Counted from the stretch's first letter, positions 37,586 to 49,113 are shown. The stretch: DNA of 64,000 nt from an uncultured Gammaproteobacteria bacterium (GCA_964590105.1 CAZPYM010000001.1:236746-300745); one strand, 5' to 3'. Notes: generated from the letters alone by a model not told the origin. Made by a program: numbers and translations.

Positions 37586-38752
37586 ATGCCTAGCAGAGAA
37601 AAATTTCTTATCTTTGGAAGCCCGTTAATTGAAGAAAATGAAATCAATGAAGTTATCCAAACAATGCGATCAGGCTGGCTCGGCACTGGACCAAAAACAG
37701 CGCAATTTGAGCAAATGATAAAAGATTATGTCGGCAGTAAATATGCAATGGCGGTTAATTCGTGTACTGCTGGTCTGCACCTCTCACTAATTAGCGCCGG
37801 GATTAAACCTGGCGATGAAGTGATTACTACCCCAATGACTTTCGCAGCGACGGCTAATGTTATTTGCCATGTCGGGGCAAAGCCAGTATTTGCGGATGTG
37901 GATCGCGCGACTATGAATATCGACCCCAAAGAAATTGAAAAGAAAATCACTGACAAAACAAAGGCGATACTTCCGGTACACTTGGCTGGCCGCGCCTGTG
38001 ACATGGATGCAATCATTGCTCTTGCTCAAAAGTACAATTTAAAATTAATCAATGATGCGGCTCATTCACTTGAAACTGAATATCATGGCCAAAAAATTGG
38101 TCGTTTCGGCGATTTAACATCTTTTAGTTTTTATGTTACAAAAAATATTACTACCGTCGAAGGCGGTATGATAGTAACCGACAATGAAGAATTTGCCGAA
38201 AAAATTAAGGTTTATGCATTGCACGGCATGAGCAAAGATGCTTGGAAACGATTTTCCGATGAGGGTTATAAACATTACCAAGTAATCTTTCCTGGTTTTA
38301 AATACAATATGACTGATATGCAAGCCAGCATGGGCATTCACCAATTAAAACGCATAGACCAATGCTCAGCAAGGCGCAGGGAGCTTTGGGACAAATATAA
38401 TGATGTTTTCAAGGATTTACCATGTTTTATTCCCGCGCCCGTTGAAGTAAACACTAGACATGCATATCATCTATATACATTACTGGTTGATTTAGAAAAA
38501 TTAACAGTTGACAGAGACGCTATCATGAATGCTCTACACAAAGAAAATATCGGCACAGGAGTGCATTATACGGCGTTGCACCTGCATCCATATTATTCCA
38601 ATACCTATGGCTATAAACGAGGCGATTTTCCTAATGCAGAATTTATTTCCGATCGAACATTATCTATACCTTTTTCACCGAAATTAACTGAACAGGACGC
38701 AGAGGATGTTATAAACGCTGTTAGCTTAGTTTTAAATCGATATAAAAAATAG
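37586..38752 (+). CDS. DegT/DnrJ/EryC1/StrS sugar aminotransferase
   Basis: NSCTAGL, DAAHS, FSFYVTKNITTVEGG, GFKYNM. Confidence 0.93.
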   Translation: MPSREKFLIFGSPLIEENEINEVIQTMRSGWLGTGPKTAQFEQMIKDYVGSKYAMAVNSCTAGLHLSLISAGIKPGDEVITTPMTFAATANVICHVGAKPVFADVDRATMNIDPKEIEKKITDKTKAILPVHLAGRACDMDAIIALAQKYNLKLINDAAHSLETEYHGQKIGRFGDLTSFSFYVTKNITTVEGGMIVTDNEEFAEKIKVYALHGMSKDAWKRFSDEGYKHYQVIFPGFKYNMTDMQASMGIHQLKRIDQCSARRRELWDKYNDVFKDLPCFIPAPVEVNTRHAYHLYTLLVDLEKLTVDRDAIMNALHKENIGTGVHYTALHLHPYYSNTYGYKRGDFPNAEFISDRTLSIPFSPKLTEQDAEDVINAVSLVLNRYKK

Positions 38753-38762
38753 TTGCAATCTT

Positions 38763-39482
38763 ATGGAATATAATATTTCAATTATCATTGCCTGTTACAA
38801 CGAGGAACCGTTATTGGAGCAAAGCGTAAAAGAACTGCGCAAAGTGATGGATCAAACACGATATTCATATGAATTAATATTCGTCGATGATTGTAGTCGC
38901 GATCAGACAAGAGCTATCATAATCAATCTGGTCAAAGATTTACCAAACGCACGGTATTTATTTCATGAAAAGAATAAAGGCCGGGGCGGTACTGTTGCAG
39001 ATGGATTAAGACTAGCAACTGGTAAAGTTGCGGGATTTCTTGATATTGATCTAGAAGTTCATGCTAGATATCTTCCCTCAATGATAGGGGCAATCCTGGA
39101 AGGTTATGACGTAGCCACTGGATATCGATTTTACAAAGTAGATATGTCTCCGATTCCTTTCTTCCGTCACATATTAAGTATCGGCTATCGCAAATTAATG
39201 AAATTTATGCTTAAACTGCCATTATATGACACTGAAACAGGTTATAAGTTTTTTAACAGAGAAAAGATTCTGCCTATTCTTGATAAATGTAAAAATTCAG
39301 GTTGGTTTTGGGATACTGAAATCATGGCCCTTTCATACTATGCAGGTTTGAAAATAATTGAAATACCATGTCTTTTCTTGCGTCGACTTGATAAAGTAAG
39401 CAGCGTTAATATATTTAAGGACAGTTATGACTATTTTATTGAATTAAGAAAGTTTAGAAATGTTATAAACAAACAAAATTAA
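38763..39482 (+). CDS. GT2 glycosyltransferase (DPM/DPG-synthase-like)
   Basis: CYNEE, VDDCS, NKGRG, DID, DTETGYK, WFWDTE. Confidence 0.88.
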   Translation: MEYNISIIIACYNEEPLLEQSVKELRKVMDQTRYSYELIFVDDCSRDQTRAIIINLVKDLPNARYLFHEKNKGRGGTVADGLRLATGKVAGFLDIDLEVHARYLPSMIGAILEGYDVATGYRFYKVDMSPIPFFRHILSIGYRKLMKFMLKLPLYDTETGYKFFNREKILPILDKCKNSGWFWDTEIMALSYYAGLKIIEIPCLFLRRLDKVSSVNIFKDSYDYFIELRKFRNVINKQN

Positions 39483-39483
39483 T

Positions 39484-39770
39484 ATGGGGTTTGATGTTAA
39501 TGGAATTAAATTTTTACTAAAAGCAAGGAATTGTGGCGTTAATTTTATAGAAACCGCGACAATCGGACGGCAACATTTATGTTTGAATCCATCGGCATTG
39601 TCTGATAATTTAAAGTCTTTGAATATCCGCGTCGATAATGATCAAATCAACACTGGCGCTCTGCGAGAAAAATTCTTCCGGAAAATCTAAAAGACGCGGC
39701 GCACACTATTCGATATGCTGTTAGGGCTGGAAGCCGATTTGATCCAAAATTTTTTATAAAAGAAAAATAA
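39484..39770 (+). pseudogene. Internally deleted gene remnant (probable methyltransferase)
   Basis: 68-aa N-terminal fragment (FLL.AR..GV.F..TATIGRQ). A C-terminus-like open stretch in another frame ends ...GSRFDPKFFIKEK* at 39770. Confidence 0.45.
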
Positions 39771-39789
39771 AAATAAATTTGCGAATACT

Positions 39790-40524
39790 ATGGAGAAACT
39801 AGCATATGACAAAACATTTGAATTTGAAGAAGATTATTGGTGGTTTGTTGGCCGACGAAAAATAGTTTTCAATGAATTAAAAAAAATCACAAAAAGATTA
39901 GCGAATGCGGTGTTAGTTGATGTTGGCTGTGGGACAGGAATTACGCTAGAATTAGCAACAGGTTTTAGCAAAGAAATTGGTATAGATTTTTCCGAAGAAG
40001 CGCTTCGTTACGCGAGAACGCGCAATTGTGGCGAATTGGTTTGTGGCGATATTTATAAATTGCCAGTTGCCGACAATGCCGCAGATTGCATTTTAATGAT
40101 GGATGTCTTGGAGCATCTAGACGATGAAGCACGCGCGCTCGGAGAAGCGTTAAGAATTTGTAAAAGCGGGGGGTGGATAATCTTGACCGTACCAGCTTAT
40201 CAATTTCTTTGGGGCGGAGAGGATGAAATTTCAATGCATAAACGGCGGTACACAAAAGCTAGATTATTTGAGGCGGTACGAAATTCAGGATGGCAAATCG
40301 AACGCATATCGTATTTTAACACGATATTATTCCCGATTATTTGTTCGATTTTGTTTTTTAATAAACTTTTTTGCCCTAGGGCTAGGCACGAATCAAACCT
40401 AAAAGAATTGTCAGCAGTAGTTAATATTGCTCTGACCAAAATTTTTCTATTTGAGGCGCGGTTATTAAAAAAAATAAATTTTTTGTTTGGAGCATCATTG
40501 ATTTGCGTTGCTAAAAAGAGATGA
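39790..40524 (+). CDS. Class I SAM-dependent methyltransferase
   Basis: WWFVGRR, VDVGCGTG, DVLEHL, LTVPAY, HKRRY. Confidence 0.9.
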   Translation: MEKLAYDKTFEFEEDYWWFVGRRKIVFNELKKITKRLANAVLVDVGCGTGITLELATGFSKEIGIDFSEEALRYARTRNCGELVCGDIYKLPVADNAADCILMMDVLEHLDDEARALGEALRICKSGGWIILTVPAYQFLWGGEDEISMHKRRYTKARLFEAVRNSGWQIERISYFNTILFPIICSILFFNKLFCPRARHESNLKELSAVVNIALTKIFLFEARLLKKINFLFGASLICVAKKR

Positions 40525-40525
40525 T

Positions 40526-42079
40526 ATGTGGCAATATATTATTTGGACAGTAGTGATATTTCCGCTATATTTGACGATAAGATGGTCATATTTTAAGTTA
40601 CCCATTGGGCCGGATGCTGGTTTTTATATTTCAAACAATACGATTGTCAACAAAAAAATTAATTTTTCAAAAGGGTGGAACGCACATTATGCTGCATGCA
40701 GTAAATTGATTGTTGAATATTTCTACAGTTTGATTTATCTGTGGTTTGGCAAAAAACGGTATAAGCTGGTTTCGCGTTTTGTTTTTTCTATTTACAATTA
40801 TATTACGGCCATTGGTGTCGGTGCGATAGTGTATTATATAGCAGACAAGAGCTTGCTCGCGTTTATTTTGGGCCTAGTTGTTTACGCTCTCGTCTCGTCT
40901 GAACCACACTATGGAATTTATTTTGAAAGCGGTGATCAATTCGAAACATTGTTCATGACATTTGGTAGTTTATTGCTAATAATCGGTCTTCCTTCACAAA
41001 ACATATATTTATTATCAATGGGATTAGGCATATGGTTTTTAAATGCGTATTTAATAAAAATAACAAGCCTGTCGGCCGCTATTATTCTTTGCTTCGGAAT
41101 AATAATGTTCGTTCCGGAAATGCTTTTTCCCAGTATTATCATTATTTTGTGCACCTCATCGCTTTATATGTTTATAATCAATTTTTCCGGACAAGCGTTC
41201 ACTAGCTTTTATCGATCAGCGCTACGGCATGAAATATCATATTGCAAGCGCATTAGCTTTATGAAAAAAATTTCGCTGTTAATGGCTCCGTTTGTCCGAA
41301 TCTTACAAAAGACAAAACAAACAATAAGAATTATGCTAATCAATCCTTTAATTCCGGCACTAGCCATATTTGGACTGTGTCAGATTTTATTTATTATTTC
41401 TCCCGAAATACGTGGACTCCTCGGGTTATGCTTTTTGGCAATAATCATAAAATTTTATGTCAGTTTAACTCCAATTTGGTATTATAATATTCCCTTTCTA
41501 CCATATGTCGCCAGTCTCGCGGCCATCGCGACTCTCAAAATAATCCAATGGGGGCAATTTGGAATTATTTTTTTAACATTGCTTTTATTAATTTGGATAT
41601 ATATAAATATCATCAAAGTATTCATTAAAGATAAAAAGATTCTAAATGATTACGTTTGGAAGATTCAATCAAGGGACGTAGGAACGCTTAATTATGTACT
41701 TGAGAACATTTGTTTGGATTTGCAAAAGATCGTAAAACAAAGCTCGTTATTTATTTATGGTTTAACACAGCAACCATATCTCTTGCTTGGCACTGGATAT
41801 GTCTTACCCTTCCCGAATGCGGCTAGTTTCGTGGCCAATATGGATGGCAATTTTATGAATAGACTAAACCGAAGTTTATTTAAAATCCCCCCTGATTACA
41901 TTTTTGAGATGTTTAATACGTGCAACCTAGAATCTCTTTATAATAACCTTGGATTGCGCTACGAAAAGATTGGGAATTGGCAACAAAGATTTAATTTATA
42001 TAAATTTATTAGACGCGAAGCAGTAGAACCATTCTTTAATTTCAATTGCTTGCGCGATCCGCAAAACTATGAATTTTAA
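40526..42079 (+). CDS. Multi-pass membrane protein, probable GT-C
   Basis: PDAGFY first loop, about 11 TM, WYY.IP.LP. Confidence 0.55.
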   Translation: MWQYIIWTVVIFPLYLTIRWSYFKLPIGPDAGFYISNNTIVNKKINFSKGWNAHYAACSKLIVEYFYSLIYLWFGKKRYKLVSRFVFSIYNYITAIGVGAIVYYIADKSLLAFILGLVVYALVSSEPHYGIYFESGDQFETLFMTFGSLLLIIGLPSQNIYLLSMGLGIWFLNAYLIKITSLSAAIILCFGIIMFVPEMLFPSIIIILCTSSLYMFIINFSGQAFTSFYRSALRHEISYCKRISFMKKISLLMAPFVRILQKTKQTIRIMLINPLIPALAIFGLCQILFIISPEIRGLLGLCFLAIIIKFYVSLTPIWYYNIPFLPYVASLAAIATLKIIQWGQFGIIFLTLLLLIWIYINIIKVFIKDKKILNDYVWKIQSRDVGTLNYVLENICLDLQKIVKQSSLFIYGLTQQPYLLLGTGYVLPFPNAASFVANMDGNFMNRLNRSLFKIPPDYIFEMFNTCNLESLYNNLGLRYEKIGNWQQRFNLYKFIRREAVEPFFNFNCLRDPQNYEF

Positions 42080-43043
42080 TCGCACTACAATCATTGACAA
42101 TCTGCGGTCGATCAAACGTCGACTTATGTTTCTAAAATGTTATCCTTCATTTAGAAGACTGGCTAAGGAAAAAAAATATCAGCTTGAGAATTTTGAATTA
42201 TCAAAAAGCAGTTTTAATGAAAAATACATGCAATTAAAGCAGCATGACATAAGCCAATTGACAACGAACTGCTGGCAAGAATACAATGAAAAATTTGAAA
42301 AAGTCTTTTTGCCCGAACCGCCATTTTTATTTTTACGCAATTCCATGATACTCAAGACAATGTTTGTCTCAGCCGGCGGGAAATGGCTGGAAAGCGAACT
42401 CTTGTTCCTGGAAAAAACATTTGACAGAAAAATATTGAAAAAACTTTTAGAAGAAGATTTTATTGGCGGACCAATTATCCAAAACAATAAATACCAGACA
42501 TCGCACAATAGTATTCACCAGTTGTATCACTTGGGTAGATTTTTATCGAGCACAAAATGCGATTTAGCTCAAATTACATCAGTTATTGATTGGGGCGGTG
42601 GCTATGGCAACTTGGCCAAAATATTTAAACGGTTAAAATCCAATAATTTAACTTATACTATTATAGACACTCCGATGTTTAGTTGCCTCCAGTGGCTGTA
42701 TCTATCTTCAGTTTTTGGTGCAGAAAATGTTCATTTCATTTCAAATCAAACTGATTCGCTCCGCAAAGGGCTAATAAATATTCTTCCGCTTTGTTATTTG
42801 TCGAACCGAGAAATAAGTGCTGATTTATTTTTGTCCACTTGGGCGATTAGTGAAAGCTCAACTCAGTCGCAAAATTATGTTATCCGCACTAACTGGTTCA
42901 ACGCCCCGCATTTATTAATTGGTTATCAACAACAAAATAAAAAAATTACTGACACAGGCAAGATAGGAGAGTTAGCCTCAACCATTGGTGCCCGAAAAGA
43001 ACCCATGAAATTTTTACCTGGCAACTATTATTTATTTAGATAG
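42069..43043 (+). CDS. Putative sugar O-methyltransferase
   Basis: IDWGGGYGNLA, YTIIDTP, STWAISE. Confidence 0.7.
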   Translation: MNFNRTTIIDNLRSIKRRLMFLKCYPSFRRLAKEKKYQLENFELSKSSFNEKYMQLKQHDISQLTTNCWQEYNEKFEKVFLPEPPFLFLRNSMILKTMFVSAGGKWLESELLFLEKTFDRKILKKLLEEDFIGGPIIQNNKYQTSHNSIHQLYHLGRFLSSTKCDLAQITSVIDWGGGYGNLAKIFKRLKSNNLTYTIIDTPMFSCLQWLYLSSVFGAENVHFISNQTDSLRKGLINILPLCYLSNREISADLFLSTWAISESSTQSQNYVIRTNWFNAPHLLIGYQQQNKKITDTGKIGELASTIGARKEPMKFLPGNYYLFR

Positions 43044-43054
43044 ATTATTTTCAA

Positions 43055-44449
43055 ATGATTAACAACATTCAAAAATTTAAGGCAAAAACTGGACTGATCT
43101 GGAGTCTTTTGTTTGGCTGGGCTTTGGCAATAGGTTTGTTGTGGCCGGGAGAAGAGCCTTCAAAAATCAATACGCTAATTGTAATAGGTATAGTTTTTAG
43201 TTTGGCATACACTATCATTACTTTGGCTTATCGATCCAAAATTATCAAGTCAAAAATTTACTGGATGGTTGTTTTCATGATTATGATGACGCTTGTTGTA
43301 ATTGTTTTGCAATTTATTTTGACTGGCTCTGATATCGGCCATCGTGAGATTGAAGGTTTTGATCCTGTCCGTTATGATTACGAAGCCAAAATCGCCGTTG
43401 AAAATAATTGGGACTTTACGGCAGCGAAAGGCAGCTATAATTTTCTAGGCGTAATTTATTATATCGCCGGTATTTATTGGTTATTCGGTGTCAGTACTTT
43501 ATATGTAAGCCTTTTTAACTTACTTTTTGTTTTAACCGGCTTTCTCGCAGTTACGAAAATTTTAGTTGATCAAACGAATGAAATTCAGCCATGGCAAAAA
43601 ATGGCCTGGGGGATGTTAATTCCGAGTGTAATATATTATGCCGCGCTAACATCAAAGGATATTCTGACCATGTCTCTAATTGCAATTATTTTATGCCTGG
43701 TAAACAGGTTACTCAATAAAAAAAAATTATTGCTATTGCTCTATTTAGCTATTTGCAGTGGGGCACTCATTATGATTCGAGCCAGCGCCTTAATTATTGT
43801 CATTATTGTCACAGCTTATATAATCCTCTTTATGAGAAAGAACAAAAAGTTTGTTATTTACGCTTTATTTATACTAATTATTTTATCGATTATCGCACTA
43901 CAACTCGCGCCTATAATAACCGAACAATTAGGCGGGACACCGTTTAGGATTTCAACGTTATTAGCGCTTGAACCAAAAATAAAAATGGCGGAGGAATTAA
44001 GTACCAAGGGCTCATTGAATCTATTGTTCACCCCAAAAACATATATTCAGGTTGTACTTTTTATGCCAATCCGAGCCCTATTCTTATTGATTGCGCCTTT
44101 CCCTAATATCTGGATCTTGGGCAGTTCATCAAAAATAAAATTTGATGTTTTAAGCCTTTGGTTAATTCTATTATATCTACCAGCTTTGTTTGCCGCAACT
44201 ATTTCAAGAAAAATCCGCAAACTAGATATTTATAAATTTATTGTTATTCCATTTTGGTTAATGCTGATTACAATTGCTACAGCCCTATTCATTATTCATG
44301 AACGTTACCGCCTAATGTTTATGCCTCTCTGGTTTGCCGCCATCCTTCTCGCTTTTCACTATGATAATCCGCGAAAATATATTTTTTTATCATTGGCTTT
44401 TATTGTCTCTGGTGCGATTTTCTATGCTTTACTGAAATTAGTAGCTTAA
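43055..44449 (+). CDS. Wzy-like polymerase / membrane glycosyltransferase
   Basis: About 12 TM, SKD and ERYRL motifs, large periplasmic loops, within a Wzx/Wzz locus. Confidence 0.55.
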   Translation: MINNIQKFKAKTGLIWSLLFGWALAIGLLWPGEEPSKINTLIVIGIVFSLAYTIITLAYRSKIIKSKIYWMVVFMIMMTLVVIVLQFILTGSDIGHREIEGFDPVRYDYEAKIAVENNWDFTAAKGSYNFLGVIYYIAGIYWLFGVSTLYVSLFNLLFVLTGFLAVTKILVDQTNEIQPWQKMAWGMLIPSVIYYAALTSKDILTMSLIAIILCLVNRLLNKKKLLLLLYLAICSGALIMIRASALIIVIIVTAYIILFMRKNKKFVIYALFILIILSIIALQLAPIITEQLGGTPFRISTLLALEPKIKMAEELSTKGSLNLLFTPKTYIQVVLFMPIRALFLLIAPFPNIWILGSSSKIKFDVLSLWLILLYLPALFAATISRKIRKLDIYKFIVIPFWLMLITIATALFIIHERYRLMFMPLWFAAILLAFHYDNPRKYIFLSLAFIVSGAIFYALLKLVA

Positions 44450-44569
44450 AGTGCTTATATATGATCAATCTTTGAAACACGTTTCAATAACAATTAATTT
44501 ATTTTTGGGTGGATTAATCTTATATCCTTTATTTTAAAAAAATGACCTAATTTATAATAATTCTAAAAT

Positions 44570-45349
44570 ATGAACTTGAACAAATTATTCAATCTTCTAC
44601 CAGCTCAAAATCAATTCCTTTTTCGTTTTTGTAGGAAATATGTAAATCGTTATAAGAATGAAAACAATAATAACATGCGCACTAACGGAGAACTAACTTT
44701 CATGAAGAAATATTTACTATCCAGTAAAATGGTAATGGATATTGGCGCAAACATTGGGGAATGGACAACGCTAGCTTTGCAAATAAACCCCAATGCTTCT
44801 ATACATTGCTTTGAACCCAGCCAGCCAACATTTGAGAAATTGAAAGAAAATGTTCCAGCATCAGTAGCCTGTAATAATTTTGGCCTTGGCTCAAGAAATG
44901 AACAAAAAGAATTTTTTGTTTTTGATAATTTAGCCACAACCAATTCTTTGTATGAACGGCATGGCCTAGAAGATGGTTGGGGGAAAAAACCACAAACTAA
45001 AAACGAAATTGTGCAAATCAGAACCATAGATGATTATTGTCAAAAAAATAATATTGAAAAAATAGATTTTTTAAAAATCGATACAGAAGGACACGAATTG
45101 GAAGTATTAAAAGGCGCTAAGCAGTTATTATCAAATAAAGTAATTAAAATTATTTATTTTGAATATGGTGGTTGTTATATTGATGCTCGTATCCTATTAA
45201 AAGATATTTTTGAATATATTGATGAATTCTCAAATTACAGAATATACAAAATTCTTCCTAATGCTATTCAATTAATACGAAGATATGATCAACGTTTAGA
45301 AAACTTTCAATATGCTAACTATGCAGTAATAGATAAAAATATAATTTAA
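44570..45349 (+). CDS. FkbM-family methyltransferase
   Basis: DIGANIG, CFEP, KIDTEGHE, FEYG. Confidence 0.92.
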   Translation: MNLNKLFNLLPAQNQFLFRFCRKYVNRYKNENNNNMRTNGELTFMKKYLLSSKMVMDIGANIGEWTTLALQINPNASIHCFEPSQPTFEKLKENVPASVACNNFGLGSRNEQKEFFVFDNLATTNSLYERHGLEDGWGKKPQTKNEIVQIRTIDDYCQKNNIEKIDFLKIDTEGHELEVLKGAKQLLSNKVIKIIYFEYGGCYIDARILLKDIFEYIDEFSNYRIYKILPNAIQLIRRYDQRLENFQYANYAVIDKNII

Positions 45350-45463
45350 AGTTTCAGTTAATTAAAAAACTAGGTTTAAATCGGATTTGACAACAGAATC
45401 CAAAAGCATAATTAAGGAGTCAGTATTCAAATTTAGCAATTAGTTAATAAATATCAAAAAATT

Positions 45464-46618
45464 ATGACGCAAAACGAAAAAAAAGGGAAAATTTTATTTG
45501 CCGGTAATTTTGAGTACAAATTTAGGGAATTTGCAATGGCTAAAGCGTTAAATGACTTGGGGTGGCAAATTGATTATTTCTCTTGGAAAGATTATAAGCC
45601 TAACTCATTTTTAATAAAAATTTTATTTAAATATTTAATAGGTCCTACGATAAAAAAAATAAATTCAGACCTTTTGAAAAAATGCAAAGAAATAAAGCCA
45701 GATATTGTTTTTTTGTATCGTCCATTGCACATACGACCAAAAACAATTAAAAGGATAAAGCAATATTGTCGGTTAATCACAACTTGGAACCCAGATAATG
45801 TTTTTGGCGGATATAATTACAAATCAGCTTGGCAATATAAACCTACAGGCAAATATCGGTTGCTTGCGCCAATTATTTGGTGCGAAAAAACGCTTTTCTT
45901 TAAACGCATCTGGATCAACGTTCTGAAATCTTTACCTTTGTATGATTTTTGTTTTGTATATAGAGCTGAAAATATTGCTAAATATAAAGAGGCTGGGGCG
46001 AAAGAAGTTTATCACTTGCCATCGTTCTATGATCCGCAGACACATCGTCCAGTAGCCTTGTCGAAGGAGGAGCAGGGAATCTTTAATTCAGATGTTATAT
46101 TCATTGGTCATTATGAACCTGATGAAAGAATGGAATATATTGAGGCACTATTGGATAATGAAATAAAAGTGAAGCTTAAAGGAGAAGGTTGGGATCCTTA
46201 TCTGTCGTTAAAGCTGAAGAAGACGTTTGGCTCGAAAATCCAACCTGTTTTTGGCGAAAATTATATTAAAACGATTTCCGGCACTAAAATTGCACTATGT
46301 TTTCTTTCAAAATTAAACAAGAATCAATATACGCGTAGATGCTTTGAAATTCCCGCTTGCCAAACATTTCTCTTATGTGAACGTACCGAGATATTAAAGC
46401 AGTTATACGAAGAAGACAAAGAAGCGGTTTATTTTTCTAACAAAGGCGAACTTATCACAAAAACAAAATATTACTTATCCCACCCAGAAGATAGAGAAAA
46501 GATTGCTTTAGCTGGTTATCAACGTTGTATTTCCTCTGGCTATGATGTAAAAAATAGAATGAAAATCTGTGATAAAATTTTTACGGCAAAATTGAATCCA
46601 ACTAAATCTTTATCATAA
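45464..46618 (+). CDS. CgeB/DUF3880-like GT-B glycosyltransferase
   Basis: FIGHYE, TRRCFEIPAC, YYLSHPEDREKIA. Confidence 0.85.
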   Translation: MTQNEKKGKILFAGNFEYKFREFAMAKALNDLGWQIDYFSWKDYKPNSFLIKILFKYLIGPTIKKINSDLLKKCKEIKPDIVFLYRPLHIRPKTIKRIKQYCRLITTWNPDNVFGGYNYKSAWQYKPTGKYRLLAPIIWCEKTLFFKRIWINVLKSLPLYDFCFVYRAENIAKYKEAGAKEVYHLPSFYDPQTHRPVALSKEEQGIFNSDVIFIGHYEPDERMEYIEALLDNEIKVKLKGEGWDPYLSLKLKKTFGSKIQPVFGENYIKTISGTKIALCFLSKLNKNQYTRRCFEIPACQTFLLCERTEILKQLYEEDKEAVYFSNKGELITKTKYYLSHPEDREKIALAGYQRCISSGYDVKNRMKICDKIFTAKLNPTKSLS

Positions 46619-46635
46619 TGCTTCAAAAGTAAAAC

Positions 46636-47814
46636 ATGGCCCTTCAACGCATTAAAAACAATCTAAAAAAAATCAGCTTTATAAATGCGGCTAATTCTTT
46701 TATTAAAACTTTACAGCAAGACAAATACATGATAAATGATGTGGAAAATTACAAACAACTTGCTAAAAAGAATAATATTGATATTTTAGATAAAAAACAA
46801 GTAGCAATTGCCTTAAAGGAACGTTTAGAAAATAAAAATATTTTTCCAACGGCAAAAACAAAAGGAAATTTAAATATTTTTTTACTTTATAGTGTTTCTA
46901 ACTGGGAATCAGTTTTACTTTCATCATTAAAAAATTTTGGGGATCTCAATGTTTTTGATTGGAAGGAACGCGGGTTTAACGTAACTGACAACAAGGATCC
47001 AGTCTTGCGCGAAAAATTAAATTCAGAATTACTGGAAGAAATTAAAAAACAACATAGCATTGTGCCCATTGACATTTTGGTTGGCTATTTTACAAATAAG
47101 GCCATTTTACCAAAAACATTGAAAGAAATTTCTAAACTAGGAATCATCATTATTAATTTTAATCTAGATGATAAATTATGGTTTAGGAATGTAAAAAACC
47201 TTGTTCCCTATATTGATCTAAACCTAACTAATGTACCAGATTGTTTTGTTAAATATTTCGCATGTGGAGGATTAGCAACCTTTTGGCCGTCTGGTGGGGA
47301 GCCGTCCATACATAAACCATACGATATTGCTTTTAAATACGATGTGTCATTTATTGGAAAAAAATATGGCTGGAGACCACAGTTTATCAATAAACTTAAA
47401 AAACAGGGAATAACTATTGCTACTTTTGGATCAGGCTGGGGTAATAAATATTTAACAAACGAGGAAGTTGTTAAATTATATTCGGAAAGCAGGATAAATC
47501 TTGGTTTTGGCGGTATTGCTCACTCAAAGAAATTGCGATGTATTAAAGGAAGAGATTTTGAAGTTACCATGAGTGGTGGATTGTATCTAACGCAACATAA
47601 TCCGGAATTAGCCCTAGTTTACAAGGTTGGAGAAGAAATTTTAACCTATAAAGATGCAATTGATTGCGCAAAAAAAATAAAATACTATTTAGCAAATCCA
47701 GATGAAGCAGAAAAAATTAGACTTGCTGGACGAAAAAGAGCGCTAAAAGAACATACTTGGGAAAATCGTTTTAAAGATATTTTCCTCCTATTAAAAATAT
47801 TAAAAAACAATTGA
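46636..47814 (+). CDS. CgeB/DUF3880-like GT-B glycosyltransferase
   Basis: VSFIGKKYG, KGRDFE, HTWENR. Confidence 0.85.
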   Translation: MALQRIKNNLKKISFINAANSFIKTLQQDKYMINDVENYKQLAKKNNIDILDKKQVAIALKERLENKNIFPTAKTKGNLNIFLLYSVSNWESVLLSSLKNFGDLNVFDWKERGFNVTDNKDPVLREKLNSELLEEIKKQHSIVPIDILVGYFTNKAILPKTLKEISKLGIIIINFNLDDKLWFRNVKNLVPYIDLNLTNVPDCFVKYFACGGLATFWPSGGEPSIHKPYDIAFKYDVSFIGKKYGWRPQFINKLKKQGITIATFGSGWGNKYLTNEEVVKLYSESRINLGFGGIAHSKKLRCIKGRDFEVTMSGGLYLTQHNPELALVYKVGEEILTYKDAIDCAKKIKYYLANPDEAEKIRLAGRKRALKEHTWENRFKDIFLLLKILKNN

Positions 47815-47822
47815 ATATTTTT

Positions 47823-49112
47823 ATGAAAAGCCCAAACATATTGATCATTGATGCAAACTCTACTTACCACGTTGGTAATACCGCCTTACTTGATAGTTCG
47901 ATTGAACAATTAAAAGAAGGTTTTCCAAATGCAAATTTTACGATTTTAGCATTTGACCCAAAATCGATTTCAAAAATGTTTACTGAACATAAAGTCATTG
48001 AAGCTCTCTGGTCAAAACCATTCTCTGCGTTCACAAATATACAAAAAATAGGCTGGTTGACTCGCGAATCTATTTGGATTACCATAAATTCGCTTAATTT
48101 ACTTTTAAAAAAATATATTAAAATTAAAATAAATCCAAAAATATATACCTTTTCGCCAATCAAGCGCGCCGTATTAAAAGCTTATAATGATTGTGATATA
48201 GTCGTCAGTATAAGCGGAGAGATGTTAAGTGAAGAAAACCACCAACGGTTAGGTTTATTTTTGTATGGTTATTGGCTTGGCTACATAATGCATAAAACAG
48301 TAGCAATTTTTCCTCAAAGCATGGGACCTTTTAGAAAATTTTTTGCTAAAAATGTAGGCGGGTACATATTGGATCATTGTCATCTTGTCTGTCCACGGGA
48401 TAAAATTTCTTATAATCACATACAAAAATTAAGCCTAAATAAGACAAAAATTCTACTAGCTCCAGATGTTGCCGTGAACCAACCTGCGATTTCAGCCGAA
48501 CAAGCTAAATCTTTACTTCAATCAAGCGAGGTGAATATCGAGCGCAGACCAGTGGTTGGTTTATCAATTTCAAAATTCCACAACAAGGATTATGAAAAAT
48601 ATTATTCAGGTATGAAAACTATTTGCAATGAAGTTTTAGAAAAACACAAGGGATCAGTGGTACTTTTGTCGCCAAATTTTCCGTTTCAAAATGAAACCAG
48701 TGACTTTTCAGTTGCAGAAAAACTATACAATGACCTTAATTCAAAAGAAAATGTAACGTTGATTAAAGAAATGTACAGCGCCAGACAGTTTAAGGGAGTT
48801 TTAGGTGAATTAGACGCATTTTTTACAACCAGAATGCATGTTGCAATATTGGCCACAATGGCGTTAACTCCAACTGTTACAATAAATACCCAAGTAAAGC
48901 TACGTGGTTATATGGAAATGATTGACAATGGACAGTGGGCATGCGATGTCAATAATTTTACTAATGCCAAAGCATTAGAGTTACTAACTTCTCTTTTATC
49001 TAACAAAGAATCCATGAAATTAAATTTAGAAAAAGCCAGAGCCAGAGTGACTCAAGAATCAAAACAGGCTACTGTTCAATTAAAACAAATTTTTGAATCA
49101 AGAAATTCTTAA
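47823..49112 (+). CDS. Polysaccharide pyruvyl transferase family (WcaK-like)
   Basis: PQSMGPF, RDKIS, APDVA, TRMHVAI. Confidence 0.85.
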   Translation: MKSPNILIIDANSTYHVGNTALLDSSIEQLKEGFPNANFTILAFDPKSISKMFTEHKVIEALWSKPFSAFTNIQKIGWLTRESIWITINSLNLLLKKYIKIKINPKIYTFSPIKRAVLKAYNDCDIVVSISGEMLSEENHQRLGLFLYGYWLGYIMHKTVAIFPQSMGPFRKFFAKNVGGYILDHCHLVCPRDKISYNHIQKLSLNKTKILLAPDVAVNQPAISAEQAKSLLQSSEVNIERRPVVGLSISKFHNKDYEKYYSGMKTICNEVLEKHKGSVVLLSPNFPFQNETSDFSVAEKLYNDLNSKENVTLIKEMYSARQFKGVLGELDAFFTTRMHVAILATMALTPTVTINTQVKLRGYMEMIDNGQWACDVNNFTNAKALELLTSLLSNKESMKLNLEKARARVTQESKQATVQLKQIFESRNS

Positions 49113-49113
49113 T